Shown piece after piece: positions 47,875 to 58,858 of a stretch of 64,000 nt of DNA. Made by a program: the position numbers and the translations under genes. The notes beneath the pieces are model-generated. The model was not told the DNA's origin, searched no databases, and was given only the letters and a program-made list of their open reading frames with translations. Position 1 is the stretch's first letter; every line of letters begins with the position of its first letter. Source of the DNA: Bacteroidales bacterium (GTDB lineage Bacteria; Bacteroidota; Bacteroidia; Bacteroidales; UBA12170); NCBI GenBank assembly GCA_021157585.1, contig JAGGWH010000103.1, positions 23 to 64,022 on the forward strand, given 5' to 3'.

Positions 47875-48660
47875 TTATTTTTTTGTACAAACTACTTGGT
47901 TCTTGTATTTTAGATTAATCGATTTGTAAATATTCCAATTTATTTTTTCTTTTCCTTCGATGTAAAAAATCTTCAAACGTTTTAATTTATCATCTGCATT
48001 TTCAATATTCCCAAACTCAACAATACCAATGCCTACTTTAGGAATTAGCTCAAACTCCATATTTTGTTTTACATAAATTTGGTCAATCAATGCATTTAAA
48101 AATTTGTCTTTTTGAATTTTTGCAGCCAAGATATATATTTTTTTATAGATATCGGGCAAATCGGGGAGATCATTCTTACTTTGAGTAAAGTAGACATTGC
48201 TGAGTCTTGGTAAAGCACCACTAGCCAACAACAAACGCAAACTATGCTGAGATGATAAAGGCATTACTACTGTGTCTGTACCCAAATAAAAGTGCTGCTT
48301 TACTCTATTGTAAACACGTACTACAGCTTTTCGCTGATTAGCAATAATAAACACATCTCCATTAATATCAAAGTAAGCATCTTGATTTTGCAAATATGAA
48401 ATCTGACTTGCATTTTTTTCAATTTCTTTTAAGTTGAGATTTTTTATCTTTTGACCTTCAATAGGGAGATAATTTTGTAATAATTCTGTGCGTAATTCTT
48501 CAACTGATGTTAACTGAAAATCATTGTTCTCGTCCTCTAATTCTATTTTCAACTCATTACAAGTAGTTTCTCCATTCTGATAAAGAGCATATATTGCAAA
48601 TGCAGCTACTGCTAATACAGCAATAATCCAAAGGCCAATATTTAATATACGTTTAATCAT
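47875..48660 (-). CDS. ftsQ: cell division protein FtsQ/DivIB-like
   Basis: 261 aa with a single N-terminal TM helix. The call rests on its position between murC and ftsA. Its ATG overlaps the murC stop (ATGA). Confidence 0.65.
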   Translation of the reverse strand: MIKRILNIGLWIIAVLAVAAFAIYALYQNGETTCNELKIELEDENNDFQLTSVEELRTELLQNYLPIEGQKIKNLNLKEIEKNASQISYLQNQDAYFDINGDVFIIANQRKAVVRVYNRVKQHFYLGTDTVVMPLSSQHSLRLLLASGALPRLSNVYFTQSKNDLPDLPDIYKKIYILAAKIQKDKFLNALIDQIYVKQNMEFELIPKVGIGIVEFGNIENADDKLKRLKIFYIEGKEKINWNIYKSINLKYKNQVVCTKK

Positions 48661-50024
48661 TTAAAATTCTCTTTTATCTTATTAACCAAACGATCTATAT
48701 CTCCGGCTCCCAAACTTATAATCACTTGTGGAGAAATACTTTTCAAATAGGGAATAAGCGCATTTCTTTGTAGAAGAATTTTATTCTTCATTGGAATCTT
48801 TTCAAGTAAAAGTTGACTATTAATACCAGGAATAGCTTTTTCCCTTGCGGGATAAATTTCGAGTAAAATCAATTGATCGAGCAAAGCAAGACTTTTTGCA
48901 AAATCATCTAAGAAGTCGCGCGTTCTGCTATATAAATGAGGCTGAAAAATACCTGTTATTTTTTTGTCGGGGAACAATGCTTTAACCGACTGAATACTTG
49001 CTTTAAGTTCTGTAGGATGATGGGCATAATCATCTAAATATATTAAATCTTCTCGTTTAATAATATACTCCATTCTTCTCTTAACACCTCGGAAGTTATA
49101 GAGTGCATTCTTAATTATCTCTGGATTCTCATCGCACAAATAAGCTAAAGCCGATGCTGCCAAAGCGTTTTCAACATTTAGTTTTCCGGGCATTTCTAAT
49201 TGTACATTCTCAATTTTCAAATCCGGTCCTATAATTGTAAAATTGTAACGCCCTTCTTTTAACCAAAGATCAGCTATTCTAAAATCAGCTCTATCATCTT
49301 CTAAAGAATAGGTATAAACATCTACTTCTGTTTGAATATCTTTTTCTAAGCCTAATTTCACTAAAAGCTTTCCTTTAGGAGGAAGTAGATTTACAAATTC
49401 CTGAAAGCTTTTCTGCAAAGCCTGATGATTAGAGTAAATATCCAAATGATCGGCATCCATAGAGGTTATTACTGCCAGATCCGGAGAAAGCTGTAAAAAT
49501 GAACGATCAAATTCATCGGCTTCTACGACTAAATTCTCACTATCTTCATTTATAATTAAGTTACTATTGTAGTTGCTTGCAATTCCTCCCAGAAAAGCAT
49601 TGCATCCCATTTCTCCTTGATGTAAAATATGTGCTGTCATACTACTTACAGTAGTTTTACCATGAGTTCCGGCAATAGCAAGGCAATATTTATCACGACT
49701 AATTAAGCCTAAAACCTGACTACGTTTAAGCAAAACATATTCTTGTTCCCTGAAAAAGTTCAGCTCTTTATGCTCAGCAGGAATTGCAGGAGTGAAGATA
49801 ACTAAGGTGTTCTCTTTGTTTAAAAAGCTTGGTAGTATTTGATTAATATCATCTTCAAAATGAATCTCAGCACCCTCTTCTTCAAGCTTTTCTGTTAAAG
49901 GAGAAGGCATACGATCATAACCGGCTACAACTTTATTGTTTGCCATAAAATACCTTGATAGAGCACTCATTCCTATGCCACCGATACCAATAAGGTAGAT
50001 ATGTGTAAACCTATTTAGATTCAT
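48657..50024 (-). CDS. murC: UDP-N-acetylmuramate--L-alanine ligase
   Basis: 455 aa with ..IGIGGIGMSALS.. and GTHGKTT motifs. Confidence 0.95.
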   Translation of the reverse strand: MNLNRFTHIYLIGIGGIGMSALSRYFMANNKVVAGYDRMPSPLTEKLEEEGAEIHFEDDINQILPSFLNKENTLVIFTPAIPAEHKELNFFREQEYVLLKRSQVLGLISRDKYCLAIAGTHGKTTVSSMTAHILHQGEMGCNAFLGGIASNYNSNLIINEDSENLVVEADEFDRSFLQLSPDLAVITSMDADHLDIYSNHQALQKSFQEFVNLLPPKGKLLVKLGLEKDIQTEVDVYTYSLEDDRADFRIADLWLKEGRYNFTIIGPDLKIENVQLEMPGKLNVENALAASALAYLCDENPEIIKNALYNFRGVKRRMEYIIKREDLIYLDDYAHHPTELKASIQSVKALFPDKKITGIFQPHLYSRTRDFLDDFAKSLALLDQLILLEIYPAREKAIPGINSQLLLEKIPMKNKILLQRNALIPYLKSISPQVIISLGAGDIDRLVNKIKENFK

Positions 50025-51133
50025 TGTATTAATTTCAAAACTTCATTAGCAATTTCAATATCTGCCTCCGGTTTGGCAAACTGCTTTATGTTATTACTCA
50101 AAGATTTTAATTCTCCTTCATTTTTCAGCAAAGCTTTACAGCTTTCAAAAAGCTTATCTTCAGCCTCATCATTAGGAATTAAAATTGCTGCCTTTTTATC
50201 GGCTAAACTCCTTGCATTTTTTGTTTGATGGTCTTCCGCAGCCGAAGGAAGCGGAATAAAAATGCTTGCTTTTGCGGTAGCACATAATTCTGAAATGGCA
50301 ATAGCTCCTGCACGTGAAATTACCAAATCGGCAGCGGCATAAGCTAAATCCATTTCGCTTATGAATTTATATGCTTTAATATGTTTAACAGCTGTTTCTG
50401 ATATTTTATTCTGCGCATCGTCAATACCGGTAATCCCTGTTTGCCAAATCAACTGAAAATCGGCTTTTGCCCATAAATCAAAATTTAATAAAATGGCTTG
50501 ATTAACCGAGCGTGCTCCTAAACTACCACCTACAAGCAGAATAGTTTTTTTATCGGTCGAAAGGTCAAAATGAGTTAAAGCCTTTTCTTTTTTACCTTCA
50601 ATCTGAATAATATGCTTACGAATAGGATTGCCTGTTTCAATAATTTTATCAGCAGGAAAGAAACGTTCCATCTGAGGGTAAGCTACACAAATACTTTTAG
50701 CTTTATTTGCTAATAATTTGTTGGTAATACCCGGATAAGAATTTTGCTCTTGAATAAGTGCCGGAATACCAAAGCGACTGGACATATATAATGTTGGGCC
50801 GCTAGCAAAGCCACCAACTCCGACAGTTACATCGGGTTTAAATTTTTTAATTATCCGTGCAGCTTTCCATAGACTACTAATTAATTTAAAAGGAAACATT
50901 AAGTTTTTAAGACTTAGACTACGCTGAAAGCCACTAATCCATAATCCTTTAATTTCAAATCCGGCAGCAGGAACTTTTTCCATTTCCATCTTGTCTTTTG
51001 CTCCAATAAACAAGAATTCGCTTTGCGGATGTATTTTTTTTATAGCTTGAGCTATCGCGATAGCAGGAAATATATGACCGCCTGTTCCGCCACCACTAAT
51101 CAAGACTTTTATATTTTTATTTTCCGCTATCAT
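50021..51133 (-). CDS. murG: undecaprenyldiphospho-muramoylpentapeptide beta-N-acetylglucosaminyltransferase
   Basis: 370 aa with a GGTGGHIFPA motif. It has ATGA overlaps at both ends. Confidence 0.95.
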   Translation of the reverse strand: MIAENKNIKVLISGGGTGGHIFPAIAIAQAIKKIHPQSEFLFIGAKDKMEMEKVPAAGFEIKGLWISGFQRSLSLKNLMFPFKLISSLWKAARIIKKFKPDVTVGVGGFASGPTLYMSSRFGIPALIQEQNSYPGITNKLLANKAKSICVAYPQMERFFPADKIIETGNPIRKHIIQIEGKKEKALTHFDLSTDKKTILLVGGSLGARSVNQAILLNFDLWAKADFQLIWQTGITGIDDAQNKISETAVKHIKAYKFISEMDLAYAAADLVISRAGAIAISELCATAKASIFIPLPSAAEDHQTKNARSLADKKAAILIPNDEAEDKLFESCKALLKNEGELKSLSNNIKQFAKPEADIEIANEVLKLIQ

Positions 51134-52308
51134 TTTTCTTCAATAGTATTAATTGGAGTCGGCTCAACAAGTTTCATATCTGCATTAGCTTTCACACTCT
51201 GAATCATTCCTAAAGCCATGGAAGTAAACACAAACGAAGTTCCTCCCGAACTTAAGAGAGGCAAGGGTTGGCCAGTTACAGGAAGTAGATTTACCGCAAC
51301 GCCCATATTCACAAGTGCCTGAAAAACAATACTAAACATTAAACCAACGGCTAATAAAGAACCAAATATTGTTTGACTATGTTTTGCAATAACCAAGGCT
51401 CTGAAAAAAAGCGATACATATAGAATAATTATAAAAAACCCCACAAAAGTACCATACTCTTCTATAACTATAGCATAAATAAAATCAGACTGTGCCGAAG
51501 GCAAAAAAGCACGCTGACTACTTTTTCCGGGAAGTTTTCCAACAATGGGGTTAGAAGCAATTGCAATTTTTGCTTGAATAACTTGATAATCGGCATCAGG
51601 ATCATCTGTTCTAAAATTTTCTATTCTGCTTACCCAAGTGTCAAATCTGGGTAATATATTGGAATTATATTTAACAAGAAGAAATAGAAAAGCTGCAATA
51701 ATTATTCCACTTCCGGCAAGAGTTAAAAGATATTTTACTTTAACACTGCCTAAAATCATCATAAAAAAAGCAGATACAAAAATTAATGCGGCAGTTGAAA
51801 GGTTAGATTGTAAAATGAGTAAACTAACAATGAGTGTAGGGGCAAATACCTGAAACAACACATAATTAAGGATATTTTTATTTTCACGATATTTTTCAGG
51901 GAGTTTACTCAATGTTCTTGCTAAATACGTAAGCAATACAATTTTAGCAAAGTCAGAACTTTGAAAGCTTATATTTATACCCGGAATCATTAGCCAACGA
52001 CTGGCATTATTGATATTGGTTCCCAAGATAATAGTGAGAAATAAAATTGGAATCACTAACCAAATTCCTAATTTACTTCCAATGCTGAAAAAGGAATATT
52101 TTATCTTATGCATCAGATACATAACTACAAAACCTATTACAATAATGCCTACTTGTTTAAACAAATAATGCAAGGCATTACCTTCTGTTTGTTTATAAGC
52201 AAGGTTACCCGAAGCACTATAAACAACAGCAAGTGAGATCATAGAGAGGGCTATATATATTCCCCATATAACCTTATCACCTTTAAGCTGTAGGCTTAAT
52301 TTACTCAT
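51130..52308 (-). CDS. ftsW: FtsW/RodA/SpoVE-family peptidoglycan polymerase
   Basis: 392 aa, polytopic, with ..SDFIYAIVIEEYG.. and ..LPLLSSGGTS.. motifs. Confidence 0.9.
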   Translation of the reverse strand: MSKLSLQLKGDKVIWGIYIALSMISLAVVYSASGNLAYKQTEGNALHYLFKQVGIIVIGFVVMYLMHKIKYSFFSIGSKLGIWLVIPILFLTIILGTNINNASRWLMIPGINISFQSSDFAKIVLLTYLARTLSKLPEKYRENKNILNYVLFQVFAPTLIVSLLILQSNLSTAALIFVSAFFMMILGSVKVKYLLTLAGSGIIIAAFLFLLVKYNSNILPRFDTWVSRIENFRTDDPDADYQVIQAKIAIASNPIVGKLPGKSSQRAFLPSAQSDFIYAIVIEEYGTFVGFFIIILYVSLFFRALVIAKHSQTIFGSLLAVGLMFSIVFQALVNMGVAVNLLPVTGQPLPLLSSGGTSFVFTSMALGMIQSVKANADMKLVEPTPINTIEEK

Positions 52309-52311
52309 CTT

Positions 52312-53649
52312 TTACAGTTCGTTTACCGCATCAATAAATCTGTTTCCACGCTCTTCATAATCTTCAAAAAGATCGAAGCTGGCACAGGCTGGAGAAAGAA
52401 GAACAACCTCTCCGACTTCAGCAATCTTTTGTGCTTCTTCAACGGCTTCCGATGCGCTATACGTTTGGATAATATTTGGAACAAATTTTCCAAAATGTTG
52501 CATAATCTTCTGATTATCCAACCCTAAGCAGATAATGGCTTTTACACGATTTTGCACCAACTCATCAAGAGAGCTATAATCATTGCCTTTGTCTTTACCT
52601 CCTGCAATCCAAATTATAGGTCTTCTAATGCTGTCGAGCGCAAAATAAGTACTGTTTACATTAGTAGCCTTTGAATCGTTAATATATTCAACTCCGCCAA
52701 TGGTAGCAACTGATTGCATGCGGTGACCAACATTTTGGAATTCGCTCAAAGAATCCTTAATGCTTTTATTTCTAATGTCTTGCAATTTCCCAACAACACC
52801 TGCCGCCATGGAATTATAGATGTTGTGTTTTCCCTGTAATGCTAGTTCTTTTAATGTCATAGTCAATTTGTCCTTAGTTATGTTAATATTTACTTTCTCA
52901 TTTTTTAAATAAGCTCCTTCATCAAACACCTTTTCCCGAAGTGTAAATGGGATAAGCTTAATATTCAATTTTCGTTTTGCTAACTCCTGCATAATCACAG
53001 TATCGTCAGCATTGTATATCAGAAAATCAGAGGATGTCATATTTTGAATTATTCGGAATTTAGATTGTGTATAGTTTTCAAAACTATTATTGTATCTATC
53101 CAAATGATCGGGTGTGATATTGGTAAGTACGGCTATGTCGGCTTTAAATTCAAACATTCCATCGAGTTGAAAACTACTGATTTCCAATACGTAAGTATCG
53201 AAATCGTTTTCAGCTACTTGCCAAGCAAAGCTTTTTCCAATATTCCCTGCTAAACCTACATTTTTACCTGCATTCTTTAGGATGTGATGGATTAAAAGTG
53301 TAGTAGTTGTTTTTCCGTTACTTCCTGTAATACAAATCAATTTAGCATTAGTAAAACGAGCTGCAAATTCAATTTCAGAGATAATCGGAATCTTATTTTC
53401 GCGAATTATTTTAATCAACGAAATATGATCTGCTATGCCCGGGCTTTTTATCACCTCATCGGCACTTAATATCTCCGAAAGAGTATGTTGCTCCTCTTCG
53501 AATCTGATTTCATGATTTTTAAGAACTTTTTTGTAACTATCGCCAATTAAGTTTTTATCACTTAAAAAGACTTCATAGCCTTGTTTTGCTGCTAATATTG
53601 CTGCTCCTGTTCCGCTTTCGCCTCCGCCTAGAACAACAACTCTTTTCAT
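52312..53649 (-). CDS. murD: UDP-N-acetylmuramoylalanine--D-glutamate ligase
   Basis: 445 aa with an ITGSNGKTTT motif. Confidence 0.95.
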   Translation of the reverse strand: MKRVVVLGGGESGTGAAILAAKQGYEVFLSDKNLIGDSYKKVLKNHEIRFEEEQHTLSEILSADEVIKSPGIADHISLIKIIRENKIPIISEIEFAARFTNAKLICITGSNGKTTTTLLIHHILKNAGKNVGLAGNIGKSFAWQVAENDFDTYVLEISSFQLDGMFEFKADIAVLTNITPDHLDRYNNSFENYTQSKFRIIQNMTSSDFLIYNADDTVIMQELAKRKLNIKLIPFTLREKVFDEGAYLKNEKVNINITKDKLTMTLKELALQGKHNIYNSMAAGVVGKLQDIRNKSIKDSLSEFQNVGHRMQSVATIGGVEYINDSKATNVNSTYFALDSIRRPIIWIAGGKDKGNDYSSLDELVQNRVKAIICLGLDNQKIMQHFGKFVPNIIQTYSASEAVEEAQKIAEVGEVVLLSPACASFDLFEDYEERGNRFIDAVNEL

Positions 53650-54906
53650 CTACCTCAGTTTTAATGTGATTATACTCATCAAGGCTAACAGCATTCCTAT
53701 GATGAAAAATCGCATAACTATTTTGGGCTCTGCATAACCCTTTTTTTGATAATGATGATGAAGTGGAGACATTAGAAAGACTCTCTTTCCTTCACCAAAT
53801 CTTTTCCTTGTATATTTGAAATAAGCCACCTGAATCATAACAGACAAATTCTCCATTAAGAAAATGCCGGCCATTATTGGGATAAGAAATTCCTTGCGTA
53901 TCAGAATGGCAAAAACAGCAATTATTCCTCCGATAGTCAGGCTTCCGGTATCACCCATAAAAACTTGTGCGGGGTAAGTGTTATACCACAAAAAGCCAAT
54001 AGTAGCACCAACAAAAGCACTAATGAAAATTGTAAGTTCTCCCACATTTGGGATATACATTATGTCGAGATAATTAGAGAAAATCACATTACCGCTTACC
54101 CAAGCCAACAAGCCCAATGTTGATCCTACAATGGCAGAAGTTCCCGTTGCTAATCCATCTATACCATCGGTAAGATTTGCACCATTAGAAACTGCGGTTA
54201 TTATTAAAATTACGATTGGAATAAAAATTAACCAAGCCCATTTATTTGCTTTTTCTCCTACCCAAGCAATAAGTAAAGCGTAATCGAAATTATTATTTTT
54301 AAAAAACGGAATAGTTGTTTGAGTGGAATGTATGGGCTTTGTAGTTATTTTAGTCGTGTTAATATTATAGGCATTTACCTGATTCTGAACTACAAGTCTA
54401 TCTTCTATTGATGAAGCAGGAAGCTGTTCTCTAATAGTAATATCGGGATGGAAAAACATAGTTAATCCAATAACTATCCCTAAACTTACTTGACCAATAA
54501 TTTTGAATCTTCCGGCAAGACCTTCTTTATTTTTCTTAAATACTTTGATGTAATCGTCGAGAAAGCCAATAAATCCAAGCCAAACAGTAGAAAATATCAT
54601 TAAAATGATATAGATATTGTCGAGTTTAGTAAAAAGTAATACGGGAATTAAAATGGCTGCAATAATTATAAGACCACCCATAGTTGGAGTGCCTTTTTTC
54701 TCCATCTGCCCATCTAATCCCAAATCGCGAATACTTTCGCCAACTTGTTTTTTTTGCAAATAATCTATCAGGCTTCTGCCAAATATGATGGTAATTATCA
54801 GAGAAGTTATGGCAGACATAGCAGCTCGGAAAGAGATATATTGGAAAACTCCGGCTCCAGGTAAATTAAACTCACTATTCAGATATTCAAATAAATAATA
54901 CAACAT
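53650..54906 (-). CDS. mraY: phospho-N-acetylmuramoyl-pentapeptide transferase
   Basis: 418 aa, polytopic, with ..TPTMGG.. and ..[10 protein letters not shown].. motifs. Confidence 0.95.
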   Translation of the reverse strand: MLYYLFEYLNSEFNLPGAGVFQYISFRAAMSAITSLIITIIFGRSLIDYLQKKQVGESIRDLGLDGQMEKKGTPTMGGLIIIAAILIPVLLFTKLDNIYIILMIFSTVWLGFIGFLDDYIKVFKKNKEGLAGRFKIIGQVSLGIVIGLTMFFHPDITIREQLPASSIEDRLVVQNQVNAYNINTTKITTKPIHSTQTTIPFFKNNNFDYALLIAWVGEKANKWAWLIFIPIVILIITAVSNGANLTDGIDGLATGTSAIVGSTLGLLAWVSGNVIFSNYLDIMYIPNVGELTIFISAFVGATIGFLWYNTYPAQVFMGDTGSLTIGGIIAVFAILIRKEFLIPIMAGIFLMENLSVMIQVAYFKYTRKRFGEGKRVFLMSPLHHHYQKKGYAEPKIVMRFFIIGMLLALMSIITLKLR

Positions 54907-54909
54907 AAC

Positions 54910-56370
54910 TTAGTGCGTTTTTTTAAATAGTTTGTTTATAATTTCTTTATCGTCAAAATGATGGCGAACGCCGTTTATTTCTTGGTAATTCTCGTGTCCT
55001 TTACCTGCTATTAGAATGACGTCTCCTTTTTGTGATAGAAAAAATGCTGTTTTAATGGCTTCCTCACGATTTGTTATTTGAAGGCTTCGTTTTTTTTGCT
55101 CTTCATTTAATCCTGTTTGCATATCTGCCAATATTGTTTCAGGATTTTCAGAACGCGGATTGTCCGAAGTCAGAATCAAGCGATTGCTCAACTGAGCTGC
55201 TATTCTTGCCATTTCCGGTCTTTTACTTTTATCACGATCGCCACCGGCACCAACAACGGTTATTATTTTACCATCCTCGCTTTGTAATTGATTAATGGTT
55301 TCGAGTACATTTTCTAAAGCATCAGGAGTATGTGCATAATCTACTATTGCAATAATCCCTTCAGGAGATTGTTGATAGTCAAAGCGTCCTGCTACGGATT
55401 CTAAATTAGATAAGGCAGGGAGGATTTCTTCTTCACTTTCGCCTAAAAGACGTGCCGTACCGTAAATGGCTAAAAGATTATAAGCATTGAATTTACCAAC
55501 CAAACGGCAATAAATATCCTGCCCATCTATTTGCATATGCAAACCACTAATCTGATTTTCTATTATCCTAGCTTTAAAATCGGCAAGCTGTTTTATACTA
55601 TAAGTTCGCTTTTGTGCCTTACAATTCTGAAGCATTATCATTCCATTCTTATCATCGACATTAGTCAATGCAAAAGCAGATTTTGCTAAACCATCAAAAA
55701 ATGATTTCTTGGCTTTTATATATTCGGCAACAGTTTTATGAAAATCGAGATGGTCGTGAGTTAGATTAGTGAAAATTCCTCCATCAAATTCTAAACCTGC
55801 AATACGTTTTTGTGCTAAAGCATGACTACTAACCTCCATAAAACAATGAGAACAGTTTGCATCTACCATTTTGGCTAACAAAGCATTTATCTGAAGAGCA
55901 TCTGCCGTAGTGTGAGTAGCTTTAAAAATCTTATTCTCGATTTTATTTTCTATGGTTGATAAAAGTCCGCAACCATAACCCAAATCAGTAAAAAGACTAT
56001 GTAAAAGGCTGGCAGTAGTGGTTTTACCATTAGTACCGGTAACGCCAACCAACTTTAATTTCTTAGAAGGATTATTATACCATTTTGAAGCTAATAGTCC
56101 TAAACTTTCCTGACTATCATTTACCAGGATATAGCATATATCAGGATTTATTTTTTGGGGTACTTCTTCGCAAACAATACTATTAGCCCCTCTTTCAATA
56201 GCCTTTAAAATAAAATTATGCCCATCAACCTGAGTCCCCCGCATGGCAACAAATAAAAAGTCTTTTTCAACTTTTCTTGAATCGAAGGCTAAACCTAAAA
56301 GGGATAAATTTTTATCTCCTATCACTTTTATTGGCTTTATTCCCGATAATATGTTTTTTAGATTTTTCAT
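54910..56370 (-). CDS. murE: UDP-N-acetylmuramoyl-L-alanyl-D-glutamate--2,6-diaminopimelate ligase
   Basis: 486 aa with a GVTGTNGKTT motif and DNPR near the C-terminus (..LTSDNPRSE..). Confidence 0.93.
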   Translation of the reverse strand: MKNLKNILSGIKPIKVIGDKNLSLLGLAFDSRKVEKDFLFVAMRGTQVDGHNFILKAIERGANSIVCEEVPQKINPDICYILVNDSQESLGLLASKWYNNPSKKLKLVGVTGTNGKTTTASLLHSLFTDLGYGCGLLSTIENKIENKIFKATHTTADALQINALLAKMVDANCSHCFMEVSSHALAQKRIAGLEFDGGIFTNLTHDHLDFHKTVAEYIKAKKSFFDGLAKSAFALTNVDDKNGMIMLQNCKAQKRTYSIKQLADFKARIIENQISGLHMQIDGQDIYCRLVGKFNAYNLLAIYGTARLLGESEEEILPALSNLESVAGRFDYQQSPEGIIAIVDYAHTPDALENVLETINQLQSEDGKIITVVGAGGDRDKSKRPEMARIAAQLSNRLILTSDNPRSENPETILADMQTGLNEEQKKRSLQITNREEAIKTAFFLSQKGDVILIAGKGHENYQEINGVRHHFDDKEIINKLFKKTH

Positions 56371-56371
56371 A

Positions 56372-58471
56372 TTATGAAGCTGATAAAGTGAGTGTGATAA
56401 TATCTTTTTTATTAACCTTTGTTCCGGCTTTAACCGACTGTTCTACAACAAAGCCTTTACCTTTAATCTGACAATTCAAACCGATATTATCAAGAATAAA
56501 TAAGGCGTCTTTGGCTGTCATTCCAATAAGGCGAGGAACGGTTTTCTGACGTATAATTCTACGACCAAACTTGATAGTATCTTGAGCAGATAGACAAACA
56601 ACCCATTCCGCATCAAGATTGTTATTAGTTGCCACACTCATTTCCTTAAAAATGGTGTTATAATCTGTTTTATATCCGGTATGAGGACGAGGAAGCGTTA
56701 CGTTTTTAGCGACATCAACATCCTCGACTAAATCAATATTAGAAGCAAAAATTTTATCGGAAATTTCTTTAAAAACTGGTGCAGCAACAGCACTACCGTA
56801 ATAACTTTTTTCTTTGGGATCGTTAATTACAACTATACAAGAAAACTTAGGATTAGATGCCGGAAAATATCCTGCAAAAGAAGCTTTATAATTACTTTTA
56901 TTATAGCCTTGATTATTTTGAGCAATCTGTGCCGTCCCTGTTTTTCCGGCGATAGTGTATGAGTTATTCCGAATATTTCTTGCCGTTCCACGAAGAACAA
57001 CTCCTTCTAACATTTCTTGAAGAATATCAATAGTTTCTTTCGATGCTATTTTTTCGTTTAATACTTCCGGAGGGAATTCTTTTATACTTTGGTTTAGGTT
57101 TCTTATCTCCTTGATGAACATCGGCTTCATCATTTTTCCATCATTAGCAATGGCATTATAAAACGCAAGTGTTTGTAAAGGAGTTATTTGTAACTCGTAT
57201 CCGTGAGCCATCCAAGGCAATGTTACCCCAGACCAAGATTTATCACTAGTATTTTTTATATAGGGTTTGCCTTCGCCTTTAATTGGAATGCCTAAAGGTT
57301 TGTTTAAACCAATTTTATATAATCCGTCAATAAATTTCTGTGGATTTTTTTGATAATTTTCGGTAATTATTTTAGCCATTCCTACATTTGACGACTCTTC
57401 AATTACTTCTTTAACACTAATAACTCCGTCTTTAATTCTATGCGCATCACGAATTGTTTGATTATAATAATGGATTATTCCATTTTCGGTATCTATGGTA
57501 TCATTAACATCTATAACACCGTCTTCTAAAGCAACTAATATTGAAGCAAGCTTAAATGTTGATCCCGGCTCAGAGCTTTCTCCAATAGCATAATTATAAT
57601 CCTCATAATAATTCCCATTAGCATCTACACCTAAATTGGCAATAGCAAGAACAGCTCCTGTCTGAACTTCCATAACAACTACGCTGCCATGCTTTGCATT
57701 ATTCTTCTTTAAACTTCTGAGCAAAGCCGTTTCTGCTATATCCTGTATTTCAATATCAATAGTTGTTACAACATCATTACCATTCTTAGGCTCAATTTCG
57801 TTAGCAGGATCTATTGGCATCCAAACACCACCCGAAATTTTTTGCATCAAGCGAGTACCCTCGGTGCCTTTTAAATATTTATTAAAAGCACCTTCTATAC
57901 CTACTTCATAAATTCCCTTTTCGTAATTGAAAATACCAACAGTTCTCTTCGCAAGCAGATTATAGGGTAAATCGCGTTTGTTTGTTTGTATGGTAATTAA
58001 TCCGCCTTTATTCCTCCCTAAACGAAGAATAGGAAAAGTTTTTATTTTCTGATACTGATCGTAACTCAGATTTTTTGCTAATAAATAATAATGATTACCA
58101 CTTTTTCTTGCCTCAATTATTCTATTCTTATAACTAACTGCACTTTTATCTTTTAAAAGACTACTCAAAGATTTTGCGAGACCATCGATATTTGCATAGA
58201 AAAAATCGTCAGTCTTATTAGAAATAGGATCAAAACGAATCTCGTATTTTGGAGTGGTAACAGCAAGAAGCTTATTGTTATGAGAATAAATATTCCCTCT
58301 TAAAGCATCTATTTTCACTTCTTTGGTACTATGCTGAATACCCATTTTTCTAAGCTTATCACCCTCTTTAAACTGAATATGTAACACCTTGGCAACAATG
58401 CCTAAGCCGAAAAACAAGATGACAAAATACATCAGGTATGAAGCCTTTAATATGCGAGTGTTATCATTCAT
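56372..58471 (-). CDS. ftsI: class B penicillin-binding protein (FtsI/PBP3-like) with C-terminal PASTA domain
   Basis: 699 aa with transpeptidase motifs STFK, SSN and KTGT. The last roughly 60 aa (..VPRLIGMTAKDALFILDNIGLNCQIKGKGFVVEQSVKAG..) look like a PASTA domain. Confidence 0.92.
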   Translation of the reverse strand: MNDNTRILKASYLMYFVILFFGLGIVAKVLHIQFKEGDKLRKMGIQHSTKEVKIDALRGNIYSHNNKLLAVTTPKYEIRFDPISNKTDDFFYANIDGLAKSLSSLLKDKSAVSYKNRIIEARKSGNHYYLLAKNLSYDQYQKIKTFPILRLGRNKGGLITIQTNKRDLPYNLLAKRTVGIFNYEKGIYEVGIEGAFNKYLKGTEGTRLMQKISGGVWMPIDPANEIEPKNGNDVVTTIDIEIQDIAETALLRSLKKNNAKHGSVVVMEVQTGAVLAIANLGVDANGNYYEDYNYAIGESSEPGSTFKLASILVALEDGVIDVNDTIDTENGIIHYYNQTIRDAHRIKDGVISVKEVIEESSNVGMAKIITENYQKNPQKFIDGLYKIGLNKPLGIPIKGEGKPYIKNTSDKSWSGVTLPWMAHGYELQITPLQTLAFYNAIANDGKMMKPMFIKEIRNLNQSIKEFPPEVLNEKIASKETIDILQEMLEGVVLRGTARNIRNNSYTIAGKTGTAQIAQNNQGYNKSNYKASFAGYFPASNPKFSCIVVINDPKEKSYYGSAVAAPVFKEISDKIFASNIDLVEDVDVAKNVTLPRPHTGYKTDYNTIFKEMSVATNNNLDAEWVVCLSAQDTIKFGRRIIRQKTVPRLIGMTAKDALFILDNIGLNCQIKGKGFVVEQSVKAGTKVNKKDIITLTLSAS

Positions 58472-58474
58472 TTC

Positions 58475-58858
58475 TTACTTATCTTCTTTCTTTACATAAA
58501 TCTTCTTTGGCGGCTTAAGCGATTCCTTAAGTCCTAATTTTGCAACCTTATCAGCAATATTTGTTTGTCGTGTATTATCCATCAGCTTAGCTTTTACCGA
58601 AATGGATTTTATCCGCAGCTCTTTAACTTCTTCTTTATATTTTTCAATCTTGCGAACCGTAGATTGCGCCCAAAAAGTGTTGGAAATAAAAAGTATGATT
58701 AGAAACAACAGAAAAGCCATAAAGGGAAGCTCTTTAGCTGAACTTTCTTTTGAAAGAAAACTACCATCGAGCAAAGGCTTTACGTATGCATTCACAAAGC
58801 TTTTCTTCGCTTTCTTTGGTGCTTTTTTCGGCTCAGTATCGTCTTTAAATTCGTTCAT
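58475..58858 (-). CDS. FtsL-like cell division protein
   Basis: 127 aa with a single TM helix followed by a coiled coil. It sits between rsmH and ftsI and overlaps the rsmH 3' end by 14 nt. Confidence 0.55.
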   Translation of the reverse strand: MNEFKDDTEPKKAPKKAKKSFVNAYVKPLLDGSFLSKESSAKELPFMAFLLFLIILFISNTFWAQSTVRKIEKYKEEVKELRIKSISVKAKLMDNTRQTNIADKVAKLGLKESLKPPKKIYVKKEDK